Below, piece by piece: positions 37,698 through 51,594 of a stretch of DNA of 64,000 nucleotides. Location of the stretch: contig CP154954.1 of NCBI GenBank assembly GCA_039621445.1, forward strand, positions 3,043,715-3,107,714. Reading direction: 5' to 3'. The notes under the pieces were generated by a model that did no database searches, had not been told where the DNA came from, and saw nothing but the letters and a program-made list of their open reading frames with translations. The position numbers and the translations under genes were made by a program. Source of the stretch: Euglena gracilis. Its lineage: Eukaryota. How positions within the stretch are numbered: the first letter of the stretch is position 1; every line of letters begins with the position of its first letter.

Positions 37698-37931
37698 CTA
37701 ACCCCCCCCCCCCCCAATAACCTGGCGGGGTGCCAGGTTATTGGAACCAACTTTTGGCCCTGCCCCCCCCTGCCAGGTTATTTCGGCCCCTTTTTTCGAC
37801 GTCATAAAGGAACTTTGCCTTAAAAAGGGGGGGTGCCAAGTTACTGGAACCATCTTTTTTTGCCCCACTCGCCGCCAAGTTATTTGGCCACTGTTAGGAG
37901 CAAGGACCGCGCCAGGTTTTTTGGGGGGTTT
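37698..37931. mobile_element. MITE family rich in AACCTGGC/GCCAGGTT motifs (other copies 25801-26020 and 49568-49885)
   Basis: AACCCCCC..AATAACCTGGC left end and GCCAGGTTTT..GGGGGGTT right end. Three recognisable copies in the window. Confidence 0.65.
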
Positions 37932-38943
37932 GAACAAAGTTGATGTGTTAACTGGCCAATTTGGGTCAACAACTTAATTAGCTGATTAATTGTTTAATTA
38001 TTTGACTAATTATTAATAAATTCTTAATCAATGATTAATCACGTTTTGTTTTTACATGTGTGAGAACGGATGGCGCCAACAAATGGCGCCCCCCCCCCCC
38101 TCATTGCAGTGTGAATACATGTTTGAACCCATCATGTTCCATCTTAAGCCATTTAAAATGGCATGGGTTGAAACTGGAATTTCCAGGCAACTCCTAATTT
38201 CCCCATCCGAAACTCGATATGTTCGATTAACCCTCTAAAGAGCACCTGCTTGGTTTGTAAGTGCAAAGGAACCACCTAAGCGTTGTGGGAACTTGTCAGC
38301 AAGGCCATTCGTATTTGCCAGATGATCCCTCCCCGCCCCGGGGGGGGTATGCAAATGCGCCTGACTGGGACTTCTGGAACAGTTCACAAGACCTCACCTC
38401 CCTTGTCCCTTGTCCCAGCCCTTGTCCCCCTTTTTTTTTCAGACCCCCCCCTGATGGAGAGGGTGGGGCAGGCTCAAGCTGCTGGCTTTCCAGACAGACA
38501 GTGAAATTGGCCTGAACCCCGAGGCATCCCCCCCCCAAATTCTAAGGCATTTTAAGGCATTTTTTTTTTTAGGGTCCAAGGCGGTCTGGACATCAAACCA
38601 ACGTTTTTGATTTTTGCGCGCAGTCCGAAATCAAAAAAAAAAATCAAAACTCATTTTTTTTTCGAATTTTGGTCAAATGGATGATGTTTTAGCGATGCCA
38701 GAAATCATTTTCCTTCCCTGATCTGTTTTTTGCAAATTTTTTTGGACAATTCCATTTTTGCTCAGTAGAAGAAAATTCTGCTAGTCCGAATTTTTAAGGA
38801 ATTTTGGCCAAAAACTCTAAGGCAAATTGCAAGACATTTTGGGGATTTTTAAGGTGCTTAAAAACAATGCTCTGGCCAGGAGGTCCTCAAGAGATGGCTT
38901 AGTCAGTTCATGCATCTTCTAAATTGTCAAAATAAAAGCAAAT

Positions 38944-39018
<75 letters not shown>
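38944..39018. repeat. (ATCA)n microsatellite
   Basis: Direct inspection. Confidence 0.95.
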
Positions 39019-39574
39019 TAAATTAAATTAATAACAAAAAATCCGTTAGAGAAGTGCTACTCAAAATAATTGGATTAATAATGATGAACAATTGAATTAA
39101 TCAATTAAATAATTAAATAAGCAGATAATCTCAGGTGTGGGGCAGTGGCTGGGTCGTTGCAGCCCTACCTGGCAAGCCGCATCTGTACACTGTTTGTTCC
39201 TGCCCACACGTGGCTGTGCGTGCTTGTACGCACATGCGCGCGCGCGTGTGTGCGTGTGCGTGTGTGTGTGCGTGCGTGCGCTCGCCGGTGCATGTGTGTT
39301 TGTGTGTTTTGGTTGTCAGCCGGCGTGGTGTCGCTGTGCCATTTGTGCAAAGCCCTCTGGGATTGACCAGCACAAGGCACCTCAGCTGGACCGACACGTT
39401 GCCCAAAATATCAGTGGAATTATACAGTCTGGTCGAATCTCGGGGGTTTTTGTGCCTTGCATCTTCCCCCGCAAGTTCCATGTGCAAACCGTGTGTTCCC
39501 CTGTAGTATCACAAAATTCTTGCCATGGTTGGCAGGCCTTGTTGTTAACTCTCTCCTTTTTCATGGGGTTGCAT

Positions 39575-40720
39575 CTTAGGTGGCCAAATTCGCATTTAAG
39601 CCTTTTTTGTGTTAGTTTGCGCATTTGTGAAAATTGACACGAAACTTTTTTGGGCTGCGTAACTAGGGGTTTGGAAACACGGCGACAAGAGAGGGCAAAA
39701 AATGAGCAAATCCCTGTTTTGGGGACAGCCAACTGAGGGGAATTCCCGCCCAACCTATACTGGGAATTCAGTTTAGTTGCAAAGAACCTAGCAAACAAAC
39801 CGTGGGCACTGATGCACGCACAAACAAAATTGTCTTGATAGGTTCAAATGCGCGCACAAACACAATTTTGTTTGTGCGCGCATTTGCGCCCATAAATGAA
39901 ATTGTGTGCTTGCGCCGAAGATGGTGTGGTCGATAAACAATTGGGTTGTGACGGCGCAGACCAGTGGGCCGTCCAGAAATATATTTTGGTGGGTTTGTCA
40001 CACCGTTTATCGAAGGCGTCAGTTCTTGGGAGCTAAAGCGCGCTCAAAATGTTTTGTGTGCGCATTTATGCCCATGAACACAGTTTGCTCATAAACGTTG
40101 TGACAAAATATACAACCGTCAAACGCCGGTGAATCGCTGGTGGTTCGTTTGTGCTAAAAGCGCACATCACGTTGTTCGTGGGCGCCAAGGCGCAAATGAG
40201 CCATTTGCAGAAATTCAGAAGTGGGTCATTTGCGCACTGGCGCGCTAATGCACAAATTAACCACCAATGGAGTAATAAAAAGCGGCATCACTCGGCCCTT
40301 CAACAACCACCTTTAGTGGCTTCTGAAGGGGTTCAACCCCAATGACCACATTGTCTCCTCCAACACCTGGTATTATGGGTTGGTGAATAATTTGTCCGCT
40401 TCGGTGGGTACGGTATTGTTGCACTGGGGAGGTCGATGCCGGCCTGGTGGGTGCTGAAGCATCAGCAGCTAGTGTAGCTGCAGCAGCGGAGCCCAGGCTG
40501 TGGCCAGAGGCAGGGCCTTAGGGGTCCTAGAATCGGTGCCAGCGGGCGTGCGCTGTTATTGGGTGGCTGCTCCCACTTGTCACCAGACCAGAATGGAATC
40601 TATTACATGTACCAAAAATTTGTTTGTGCGTGCAATTGCGCATACCAACATGCATCACGTCCAAAAACATCATAGGTCCAAGAACATCATATGCGCGCAT
40701 GAACACTCGTCAGTGTGTTG
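39575..40720. mobile_element. Decayed, one-ended relative of the CTTAGG-TIR family
   Basis: CTTAGGTGGCCAAATTCGCATTTAAG at 39575-39600, a degenerate palindrome 15 nt inside, and further GCGC-N4-GCGC variants near 39875, 40181, 40229 and 40625. No partner TIR found. Confidence 0.7.
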
Positions 40721-43019
40721 TGTGCGGTTGGCTGGCAAACACAGTATGTGGTGTGTAATGTAATATCACTCCTTGCCAGCTGCACCCTAACCCATTGAGA
40801 CAGTGCGTCAGCACCAGTACCAATTGTCGTACCGTCCGGGGTGTGCTTCCAACCTGCTTGACATTCGACAGCAACCGATCTCACCCTCGACCTCGTCGCG
40901 TCGCTCGGTGAGGAACATGCGCATCAACCTGGACACAACCATCTGGGTCGCGCCATCAAAAACTGCGTTCTGCTACCCTTTGCCTCTTGTGTGTCCGCAC
41001 TGGTTGGATGGGGAGCCTTGTTCTCGCCCATTCGCAACCCACGTCATCCGCCAGCTGCCCCCTCTTGCTGGGCTGGGGCATCGTTTCCTGGGCAACGCGA
41101 CCGCATATATTTTAAAGCGATTGCAAGAAGGCTGTTTTCTTCCTCAATGCAGGGGAACAGGGTTACCTTCAACGTATTTCATCAGAATCAAGACTTCAAA
41201 GACGTTCCATTGAACACCCCCCCCCCCGGGTCTACTGAAATGAAGCCTGGCGACTGCGCCACTGGCGACAGTGGCGAAGAGGAATGGGCCGAAAAAAATT
41301 TGGCGCAACGCACGGAAAAGTTTTTAGAAGAAAAGGAGTCAAAAACAGCCCTAAAAAGGCACTCTTGAGGTTTTTGGTTTTCACCTCCAGATTTTTGGCT
41401 GAATGCAACCCAGATGGATTTGGGCCTTTTTGTCTGGTTTCTGGGATCCAGCCGGGCAGGCGGCACAGCATCCTTATTCCAGCCAGTCCGCGGGACCCCC
41501 CCTCCTCGTAGAGGTAAAGGTTTCGCAGTATCCCGGGGGGGGGGGGGGCTGGGCTGCAGCTGGTCCAAATTTTGTTGGCTGGTAGAAATCCCCAGGAGCG
41601 GGGTTCGCTAGCCGGGTCATCCAGTGTAAAAATTTGTCCCAGTGACCGGCGCGAAGCGCCGAAAATTTTGGCCCCCAAAAATGGCCAAAAATGCCCAATT
41701 TGGGATTTCTTTTTGGAACAAAATCAGCCAAAAATGCAATTAAAACCTCATTCCCACCTGGGTGCGCAGCGCTGGAGGGCTAGGAATTTTTTCCAGCCGG
41801 GGGAGACCCCCCGGGGAGGAGGGGGGTCTAGCCAGTCCATTTTCCCCACCTCCAGCAATAGTGGCTAGCCAGTGGACCCCCCCCCCCGGGTCCTTAAGCA
41901 AAAGCCTGGTGGACTTCTCTTAGAAAACCCCTGCTTGGCGGTGCTGAGGTTGGGGGACAGCTATTGAAAGGGACAAGAATGCAAAGCCACCCAGCGCATG
42001 TTCAATAAGAACAGCAGCCTGGCCGCAACACCATCCCCCAGCTACGTCTTCCCCCAGGTCCACGAGGCTTGCACCGCGGCTTGCACTGCGGCTGCAAAGA
42101 AGGAGGCCGGGTTGGTTCACACAAACCGTCCAAGCACAGCATGCAAACCCCGCTGTTTGCTTAGTGTGTGCCACTTCCCGCCCCCCCCCCCCCCACCATC
42201 AGGGGTGTTTGGTCCACTGATTGGTTTTTGGGCACTGGGCACGCCAGGAACGGGGGGGGGGGATGGCCGGAAATGACCAAAAATGGCGCACGGCGCTAAA
42301 GGGGCCGGAAGAAAGGCCCCTCATGGTCTTGTGAAGGCAAAGGAAAAGATTGAAGGACAATGGGAGCGCATGGGTGCGGGGATGACAACTTGTGCAAAGG
42401 TGATTATGAGCCATTCTTTATGATGGAGGATACCTCTCTAGCGTTCATCATGGGGGGAGGTAAACTATACGGTGGTCTTCTCCCGATGAAGACATATCCT
42501 CTCTCTCGCCATTGGTCGCAGTGTCTGGAGTCCACGTGCAAAAGGAAAAAAAACCAGCCGCCCAGAAACCGCCAATGGCCTAAAAACACCTGTGCTGCAG
42601 ACACAGAAACTTTCGGCCTGCATTCCACAGTGCCCGGCATTTGCCGGTGCCGCTCAAGCCTGTGGACCATCCCCTCGGTTTTCCCAGAGCCAAGGGCCCC
42701 AATTTTCGTGCTCTTGGCTCGAAAGCTCCTGCAGGCTCTGCAAGCTTTCCGAATCGTGCGTCGCGTTCCCTCTGCGCTGCTTGCGAAGCAGCTTGGGTTT
42801 GCGGGTGGGCCCATCCCTGACAGCCCCACCCCGAGGGTTCATGGCAGGGAAATGATTGGAAGACCTTTTGTTCAATTGGCTGTGGGGGGTTCCCAGAGCT
42901 GTACACAAATTGGGCTTCTTTTTTAAGGAAGGTCACACCCCCAGGGTGGGAATGGATAGATGGGAAGCCCTTCAGTTTTGATGTCAGTGGTGGGGGGGGC
43001 TCTTATCCCTTCAGGGTAA

Positions 43020-43935
43020 GGTAAGAGCGAAGCTTACCCCTGGCGAAACCCCCCCCTCGACCCCCCTCCCCCCCTCCCCGGGTCGGGGCCACCAGGAGAA
43101 CCGACGGATTATCACCATGATCCCGGCCCGGTTCCCGGAATTTTTTTTCCAGTCGCGAGCGACTGGATTTCTAGTTTCCGAATCTCCTGGGTTTGACCCC
43201 CAACTCCCCGCCAGGCCCGAGTTGTTCACGCGGGGGGGGGGGGGGTCTAAACTGGGTAGGATCGGCCGCCCCTGAATAAGCCCCACCCTTTGGACTCTGC
43301 CATTTCGGCCAAACAAATGTCAATTTTCAAAATATCTCCAAAATGAAGCCAAATCAAAGGAAATATCCGGAGACCTAAATTGAAGCCCTTGGAACGCTCT
43401 ATATACTGGTATTTTGGTTTCCCCGCAGCTCACCGCCTAGCCCGAGATACAACTGTTTTTCGGCCAATTTGGGCCATTTTGTACACTTTTTCCACTGTTC
43501 GACACCGTTTTCGGCCAAAAAAATTCGAAAAAAATCGAAAATTTTTTGCCCGAAACGATGTTTTTTGGCCTCCCGGACCCAGAAAAACTGTTTTTGAGCC
43601 GAAAATGAGCGTTTTTCGACCCAACATCGCCCGCCCCGTTTTGGGCCCGAAACCAATGCACTTGGGATCATTTTCGGGACAAAAAAAATCGAAAAAAATC
43701 GAAAAACTTTTTTTGCCCCAAACGATGTTTTTTGGCCTCCTGGACCCAGAAAAGGTGATTTTTTTCGCCGAAAATGAGCATTTTTCGACCCCCTGGCGCC
43801 CCGTTTCGCGCACAAAACCCTTGTATTTCAGTCAAAAGAGCTCCATGGAGTGGGCCGGTTTATATGGGGGGGGGTCAATGAAGGGGTGGGTGCTCGCTTA
43901 TTAAGAGCTTAGCACCATTCAAAACCTGGTCTGGA
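43020..43935 (+). repeat. ~0.9-1.1 kb dispersed repeat family; other copies 61355-62462 (inverted), 58665-59480 (inverted, partial), 60030-60330 and 10690-10870
   Basis: Shared blocks GAGCGAAGCTTACC, GCGACTGGATTTCTAGTTTCCGAATC and CCCAGAAAAACTGTTTTTGAGCCGAAAATGAGCGTTTTTCGACC. Confidence 0.8.
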
Positions 43936-46208
43936 TCCCCCCCCTCCTGGACGTTAGGAGGGGTTGCCCAAACCCCACCGCCCTCCTTGAAAGGTTTCAA
44001 AATAGCTCTTGGAAAGTGACTGAAGTAGCTACTAGTGACCAAAATTGACCACAAGTTCCCAAAGGCAGTCAAAAGGCAGCCAAAAAGGGGCAAAGGTGGC
44101 CAGATGTTGCCTGAGAGTTGCCAAAAGTTGACAAAAGTGGACACAAGCGACCAAAAGCAGTCAACAGCAGCCAAAGTTGCCATACCCCCCCCCTATGTCC
44201 AACGACCCCCCTATGTCCAATGACCACCCCCCCGGTCAGAAGACACTTTTTCGGAGGTTTGGCCAAATTTTTAAATTTTTGGTCCCGGCGTGAAGCGCTG
44301 GGAAGAAAACTTTTGCCCAAAAATTGGCCAAAAATTTGGCCAAAATGCCAATTTTGACACTTTTTGGACAAAAATTTGTCAAAATTGCCCAAAATTTTGG
44401 CGCGAAGCGCCGGAAGGGAAAATTTGGGCATTTTTGGGTGGGTAGGGACCCGGGTACCCCCACCCCGCCCCCCATGGCCCCCCCCCCCCGGGGTCGGACC
44501 CCGGTCCCCCCCACCCCCCCCTCCCACCATGTCCCCACCCCCCCCCCCGGTCAGAGGAGGGTTCCCCGGGGTTGGGGGCGGGGGTCGGGGCGGACGTTGC
44601 AGGCTGGTGGGGTGGGCAAAAGTTGCGCAGTGGCCAAAAGGAGCCCCGCCCAAGGCAACGTTGGCAGTGTTAGCAAAATCTTCCCGAAAGCGGCCCAAAA
44701 GTGGACAAAGGTGTACAAAACCCGCACAAAAGCGCCATCTATAGTTGTCACACATGCCATTTTTCTGACACCCCCTCCTACGCACAACTACTTGCCGTCC
44801 AATGCCGAGCACAGCACCAAAGTGGGAAGTGACAGTGGGTGTCTAGTGGAGGCAACTGCCCTGTCCCCACCCGAAGCACCAAAGCCAACCCCCTCCCTCC
44901 TCCCTTGTCTCCAGCACACCCATCTTTCTGAGTCATTCTATCTCCTTGCCTGGGATTCCCGCCCATAGGTTTTTTAGGACCCGGGGGGGGGGGGTCCGGA
45001 CTCACCCCCCCCCCCACCCCCTGGGGGGCCCGGCCCGGAGGACCCACTTTTGGGGGGTCAATTTTGGGGTCCAATTTTTTTTGGCGCTTCGAACCGAAAA
45101 CAGAAGAAAATCCCGCCTCTGGCAGGGCACCGACTCGGCCCAATCCCCCCGAGGGGGTTTGACTGGGCCCCCCCCCCCCCTGGCATTCAGCCGACGAGGG
45201 CAACCATGGGCGAATGCCCGCGACCCGCCGAACGCAGTGACGAAATGGAGTGCCAACCCCTCCCGTCCTCCTCTCCCCCGCCGGCGGTGAAGTGAGAGGT
45301 GAGTTGGCAGTGTGCTGAGCCCCGGCTGCTCCTCGAACCGGATGCTTCCCAGTGTTTGTGGTCCTGACTGGGCCCACCTCGCAACGAGTGCAACGGCCAG
45401 GGTTTTTTTTTTTTTTTAGTCTTGTTCCTCCCAGGGGGGGGGGAGGTGGGGGCTCAGGGATGGATGGGAAGCCCTTCGGTATTGGGGTAGGTGTGGGGGG
45501 GGGGTCCCGACCACCCCCCCCCTGTAAGGTGGTAGGGGGGGGTCCGGACCACCCCCCCCCTAGATGTTGGAAGGGGGGGTCCGGACCCCCCCCCCCTCCT
45601 TGACAGGTGCCAAAAATAGCAGAAAATTTTCTTCCGGCGCACAGCGCCGGAAAATGAGCAAAAAAACACCCCTTTTGCTGACTTTTGGCCATATTGCCCA
45701 TTTTTTGATGTGTTGGTGTTTTCCCCAAAAACATGTTCAAAAATTTTCAAAAAATGAGCATTTTTGGGTCGATTTTCAAAGAAAAATCAGGGTTTTTTGA
45801 CCGATTCCGACCCGATTTCCGGCCCTTTGCCCGTCCATGAAATCGAAAAAATTTCGGCCCCCCCTCAGTTTCGAGGTAGGAGGGGGGGGTCCGACCCCCC
45901 CCCCTCCGTGTCGGGAGGGGGGGGTCCGACCCACCCCCCCCCCCCTCAAGGCTTCCCATCCATCCCTGGGGGGGCTAGGGTGGGTGGGTCCGGCCGAGTC
46001 TGGGGGGGCTCCCCCCAGGGGCTGGTGGGATATACTTTTCGGTGCCGAAGGCGCCGAAAAATTTTGAAATAGGACTATTTTTGGCATTTTCGCGATTTTT
46101 GGCCATTTTGGGGGGGGGGGGGTGGGTTTGGGAGGACCCCCCCCCAGTCTTTTTTTTTGTTTCTTTTGTTGGTTTATATGGTAGATATGAAATTGTTTAT
46201 TTTTTTTA

Positions 46209-46240
<32 letters not shown>

Positions 46241-47611
46241 TATTAAATTTTTTTTTTTTTTTTTTTTTTCTTAAAAAAAGCCTCTGATCCCAGCCCACCT
46301 TATCTCAGTTCCCCGTCAGTGCAGCCCAGCCTGCCATGTACCTCTGCCCGTCTGTGTGGAAGGGCCCAGGCCTTTTGCCGTACAGGACTTTCACTCTTTT
46401 TTCTCTCTCTTGGCCTGGGGAGGTCACCAACCCCTCGTCTCTTGGACTGTCGGGATGTGGTTGGCGCCGATGGGACATTTCCCTCATTTTGTGTATTTAT
46501 TACAAGTTCTTTTTTGTTTTTTTTTGTTTTTTTGGTTCTGCAACGTCGGAAATTGGCACATTGGTTAATTTACACAAGTTTCTGCAAGCTGCAGCATGTG
46601 GTTTGTTTTCTTTTGTTGATTTCAGGGGCACCCGCCGTATTTGAGGTCCAGGGACAGATCGTTCCCTGCACACATTCCATGCTGGGCGGCCGTTCACTTT
46701 CAGCTCTGTTTCAGTGTCCCCTCCCACACACCCGCATCTGCAGCCCTGCCCTAGACAACAATCACCACTTGGAAGTTGCTCTCCCTGTGTCTATTTCCGG
46801 CGTCCCATATGCCCCTCCCTGTGCCCATCGTCTCGGGGCAGGCAGTGTGCTGATCTACTCGGCTCACGTGTGTCCGCTTTTGCTTTTTGGGGCGGAGGTA
46901 AGGTGCTTCGTGATGGAGAAAGGGCAAGGGGCTGAAAAAGAGGAAGCTTTTGTATTTCATTTTTCAGAGAGTCCTCGTCAGGGTCTTTTTTAGTCTTGGA
47001 CCCCCAGGGGGGGTGAGGCGGGTGGGTCCGGTGGAGCCCCCCCCCCCCCCCGGGGGGTCCCCAGGGGGGATATACTGTTTGGCGCCAAAGGCGTCAATTT
47101 TTTTTGGAAAGGTGATATTTTTTAATATTTTTCGCAATTTTTTGGCTATTTCGGGGAGAAGTTGGGGGGGTCCCTGGGACCTCCCTGCCCACAGGGTGGG
47201 TGGGTGGGTGGGGAGACCCCCCCAGTGAGGCAAGGACAGCCACCAGATCCCACCGGATCCCACCATTTTTTGGCCATTTGACTAGTGGGTTCCCACCGGA
47301 TCCCACCGGACCCCAACGGACTCCACTGGAGACCGAAACCAGGAATGACTGTCCTTGCCTGCCCCCGTATGAAGACAGAAATCTGGTGTAGCAGGGTTCA
47401 AAGAATGAGAAATAAATAAAAGTTTAAAGGTGCAAATTTTACAAAAATGAAACCCCTCCCAAAAAACACACGCAGGCTGGAAAAAAAACGACCGCCGTGC
47501 AAAAATGAAAAACAAAATTTTGGAGACAACAATGAAAAAAGTTGTTTTCAAAGGTCAACAGGACCCCCCCCCCCGGGTCCACGACTGAAAACCCTCTGCC
47601 CCCAACCCCTC

Positions 47612-47950
47612 CCCCTGGGTGGTTCCCACTGTACCGCTCAACGCGCTTCAAGCACCCAGGGATCACAACTCTGTGACATGCCGTTTCCCCAACTTTTCAC
47701 AACGTGTGTGTAGAGTCCACCCTCTGGACACCTCAGCAGGCAAACTTTCACAGGCAGATCACACACACCCTAAAAAAGCAACAAAAAGGACCAAAATCCA
47801 CCCAGCCTCTGCAGCACCATGTGGGGAACACAGTCAAGGCTTCAAAAACGAGGGACTCACAGCGGGGTTCTGGCCCTGTTTTGTGAAAATTCACGTGTGT
47901 CCCAGAGTTCAAAACCAGGGTTTTTGAACCTTTCTTTCAAATGGTGCACA
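47612..47950 (-). repeat. Inverted copy of sequence ~1635-1975 (left subterminal part of copy 1)
   Basis: Shared blocks such as GCTTCAAGCACCCA.GGATCACAACTCTGTGACA, GTGTGTGTAGAGTCC and CAAGGCTTCAAAAACGAGGGACTCACA. Confidence 0.8.
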
Positions 47951-48175
47951 CAACCACCCCCCTTTCCCAAAATCGATCGGTTCTCCGTCGAATGTGGAAA
48001 GGAACTTAGTTTGACGTTCTAAGAATTCCCACACGTGTCCCTTTTTCTGGTGTTTTTGTTCTTCGTCAAAGATTTCCCGGTATTTTCCCCGCAGAATTGC
48101 AAACCACGCCCCTCCCCCGTCTTTTGCGGGGGGTCAACCCCTCTCACCAGGCCTTCCCGCACAGCCCGCCTCCTC

Positions 48176-48730
48176 CAGGGGTTTTTTTTTTAGCCTTGGA
48201 CCCGGGGGGGGGGGGGGAAGGGTGGTTTGGTTTGGTTTGGTGTGGCTCTCATGCAAGGCGCAGTGCCGCGGGTCAGCGTGAGCACAGCCAAGCACCACGC
48301 CGCCCGCGGGCACACCAAGAGCCAGCGCCGCTCGTAGAACAACGACAGGGACTGAAAAAGACGAGGAGGAGGGGATGAGGGGTCGGCGTTGGACATCGTG
48401 AGGGACTGAAGGGGGGGGGGGGGCTAAGGTGGGGGTGCCCACCTCTTCCCAGAAATTTCTCACCCGGTTTGCCGTGCCTTTCGGCACGTTGCCCCCCCTC
48501 CCGCCGCGAGGAGGCTGGGCACCGCTGGGGTCTCGGTGCCTCCCCCCCCCTCCGTGAGTCCCCCCCAGGGGGGATATATTATACGAAAGCGCCAATTTTT
48601 TTTTGAAAGAGTTGCTATTTTTTTGGCATTTTTCGCGATTTTTAGCCATTTTTGGGGAAAGTGAGACCCTGGGATCCCCCCAGGGGGGTGGGTTTGGAGA
48701 CGCCCCCCCCCCCCAACAAAAAAACCCCTG
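48176..48730. mobile_element. hAT-like MITE (CAGGGGTTTTTT...AAAAAACCCCTG), 8-bp TSD GCCTCCTS
   Basis: TIR pair with flanks GCCTCCTC (48168-48175) and GCCTCCTG (48731-48738). Similar ends at 45398 and 46979. Confidence 0.65.
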
Positions 48731-50564
48731 GCCTCCTGCTTTTGGCACAAATTGCCAGTTTCCCCCCAACTCGACCTGCCTCCTGACTTCATTGATCCAA
48801 AGCGGAAGCAACGGCGCAGAATTGCCCTCAAGGAAAGTAGAAAAGTATTGCCTTGGGTCAGTGATTTGTGAAGTGTTCTTTGCTTGGCTTCAATTCAACG
48901 AGCACAGGGGTCTTTGCTTTTTTGCAGTGGCTGCCTCCGTCTAAGCCAAAGCGGGTTGTCACTGTCCTCCCACAACCCCGCTTCTTATACCCAAAAAAAC
49001 CTATAACTATTCTCTCTGAGCCTGCTCTTGTCTGGCAGCGTTGGCTGTGCTGTATGTACACAGGGCAGTTCTTGGTCTCAGAAAGTTGACTAGAGACCCA
49101 CAAAGGGATGCCCCGTTTGATTGATCTTCGTTCCAACCTGCGACTTCGCACCTTGGGGGGGGGGGGCTCTTTTGGGACTGCAACCTAAAACAAACCAACG
49201 GTTGCCAGTGCAGATAGAGGGCCCTTGCTCTCCTCCTTGCCTCTATGAAGCAAGTTGATGTCTGTCGTGCACTCGGTGCGGTACATGACAGAACGCTGTG
49301 TGTGGGCTTGGTCGTCGCATTGTGTGCCTCGTGGGGAACCAAGCAGCTGAAGGATCCCCGGCAGGAAGAATGCCGACCGGCAACCTTATCTACTACACCA
49401 CCAAACAGGAAGCAAAGACCCCCCCCCACAGTGCCTCTCACTCAATGGCCCGCTGCTGGTACCGTATCTTGTATGAAGACCATACAATTTTTTTGGCCAC
49501 ATTCAGGTCGTCATAAGTTCAGGTTGACCTTAAGTTAGATCGGCCTGCCTGTTGGCCTGAAGTTACCTTAACCCCCCCAAAAATTTTTTATTGATAAAGT
49601 TATTGACAGGTTGATTTATCATTATAAAACCAACCTGGCAGGCCCTTCCTCCTGGCACTGACCAAATACCTTTTTTCCCCCTCCCCCTTCCAAGGTGTTC
49701 GGCCACTGCCAGGAGCAAGGGCCCGCCAGGTTTATTTTATAAAAGTGGTTCCAGTAACTTGGTACCCCCCTTTGGAAGGTAAAATTCCTTTACAGCGCTG
49801 AAAAGGGCCCAAACAACCTGGCAGAGGGGCCAAAAGGTGGTTCCGATAACCTGGCACCCCACCAGGTTTTTTTGGGGGGGGGTTATTCGGTTTTAAAAAA
49901 ACACACCAAATAAAACCCGTGATCAGGAAAAATGCGTCACGCCATTACAGATGGCTCCATTTAGGGGATTCCTGTTCAGCTCTGTGATGGCCAGGATACT
50001 ACAAAAATGTGGGCATAATGGTGTGAATAAATTATCTGAAAATACCCAGCCCGTCGGTGTGATATTCTCCTTTTTCAGAGCTGGAAATATTTGCTGACCC
50101 CTTGTCCTTGCCAACCTGGCCCGTTGCTTAACGAAATTTCGGGGGCCACAAGTGAACCCCCCAAACAGTACCCCCCCCCCGGCCTGGGACTTTGGCTGCC
50201 CAAACGTGCTGCCAAAATCTCGAAGGAATGTTTAACTTGCTGCTTGGTCTTCCCCCATATTCCAGATTTTCCAAGATTTTCCATATTTCCCCCCGTATTC
50301 CAATGTTTTGGCAGTGGTTTTTCATTTTTTGTGTCAATTTTTTTTGGGATTGTTAAAATGAATGTTTTGACAAGAGGGACCAAAATACGTTTCCAAGTGT
50401 CAACGGATGTGGTGTTGGCTGCCGAATGCACAGAGGTGTCTGCCAGAATAAAACATTAGGGTGCCTTTTGGGGAAAGGTAAGTCCATTTGATCTGCAATG
50501 GATGGGTTTGGAATCTTTCACAAATGGAACATGGTTTCCGCCTATAGACGTATGAATACTTATG

Positions 50565-50611
50565 GACACCCACACAACACACACACACACGCACACGCGC
50601 GCGCACACACA

Positions 50612-50658
<47 letters not shown>

Positions 50659-51150
50659 ACACCCACACCCACACCCACACCCACACCCACACCCACACCC
50701 ACACCCACACCCACACCCACCCCCACACCCACACACAACACACCCACACACCCGCATACAACGCATACACCCACACCCACACAACACACACACACACACA
50801 CGACACACAACACACACCCACACCCACACACAACACACACACATGAACACACAACACATGCACCCACACCCACACCCACACAACACACACAACACACACA
50901 ACACACCCGCATACGACACATACACCCACACACCCACACACAGCACACACCCACACCCACACCCACACACAACACACACAACACACACAACACACACAAC
51001 ACACCCGCGTACAACACATACACCCACCCCCACACAACACACACACATACACACAAGAGACACAACACACCCACACACCCACACAGAACACATACACATA
51101 AACCCACAACACATGCACACACACATCCACACACAAAACACACACACACT
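50565..51150. repeat. (CA)n/(CACACC)n low-complexity tract
   Basis: Direct inspection. Confidence 0.95.
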
Positions 51151-51204
51151 CATAGGGACACACAGGTTAAGTTCTCGTTCTTAAACTTGTTCCATTGCCA
51201 GCAG

Positions 51205-51264
51205 GCTTTCCGCCGCCCCACCTCACGCCGCGGCTTCTCCGCCTGCCGTCCTGCCCTCCTGCAG
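51205..51264 (+). promoter_or_regulatory. Candidate spliced-leader trans-splice acceptor of the phosphatase gene
   Basis: C-rich pyrimidine tract ending CTGCAG about 50 nt upstream of ATG 51315. Confidence 0.4.
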
Positions 51265-51314
51265 AGCGGCCTCCCGACCCTCCCGAACCGCTGGCAGCGG
51301 ACAGTGGGGCTGTG

Positions 51315-51542
51315 ATGGCGGCGGAGGAGGCCCCCGAGCCCAGGGCTGCACGGGAATCCGGGAACCCTACGGGTGGTGGGGGATGGGGGGGGTCGAGCCA
51401 AGTTGGAATCATGTTTTAAGACAGGAAACTCAAAAAATTAATTAATTAATTATTTTATTCAAAATGAATTAATTAATTTAATTAGTTAATTCATTTAATG
51501 AAAAATAAATTATTTTATTTATTAATCTATTAATAATAATAT

Positions 51543-51594
<52 letters not shown>

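Noticed and set aside
36483-46056. GGCGC-N3/4-GCGCC palindromes (near 36484, 41647, 44399, 45635, 46041)
   Set aside because: Different arms and located in G/C-run MITE interiors; not counted as the TTTGCGC motif.
42000-49390. Exon-like GC-rich patches near 42010, 42660-42810, 45200, 48260 and 49240
   Set aside because: I could not join them into a consistent gene or recognise a product.
50400-51184. Long Cys/Val or His/Thr ORFs (also 27700-28454 and 31611-31943)
   Set aside because: Translations of microsatellites.
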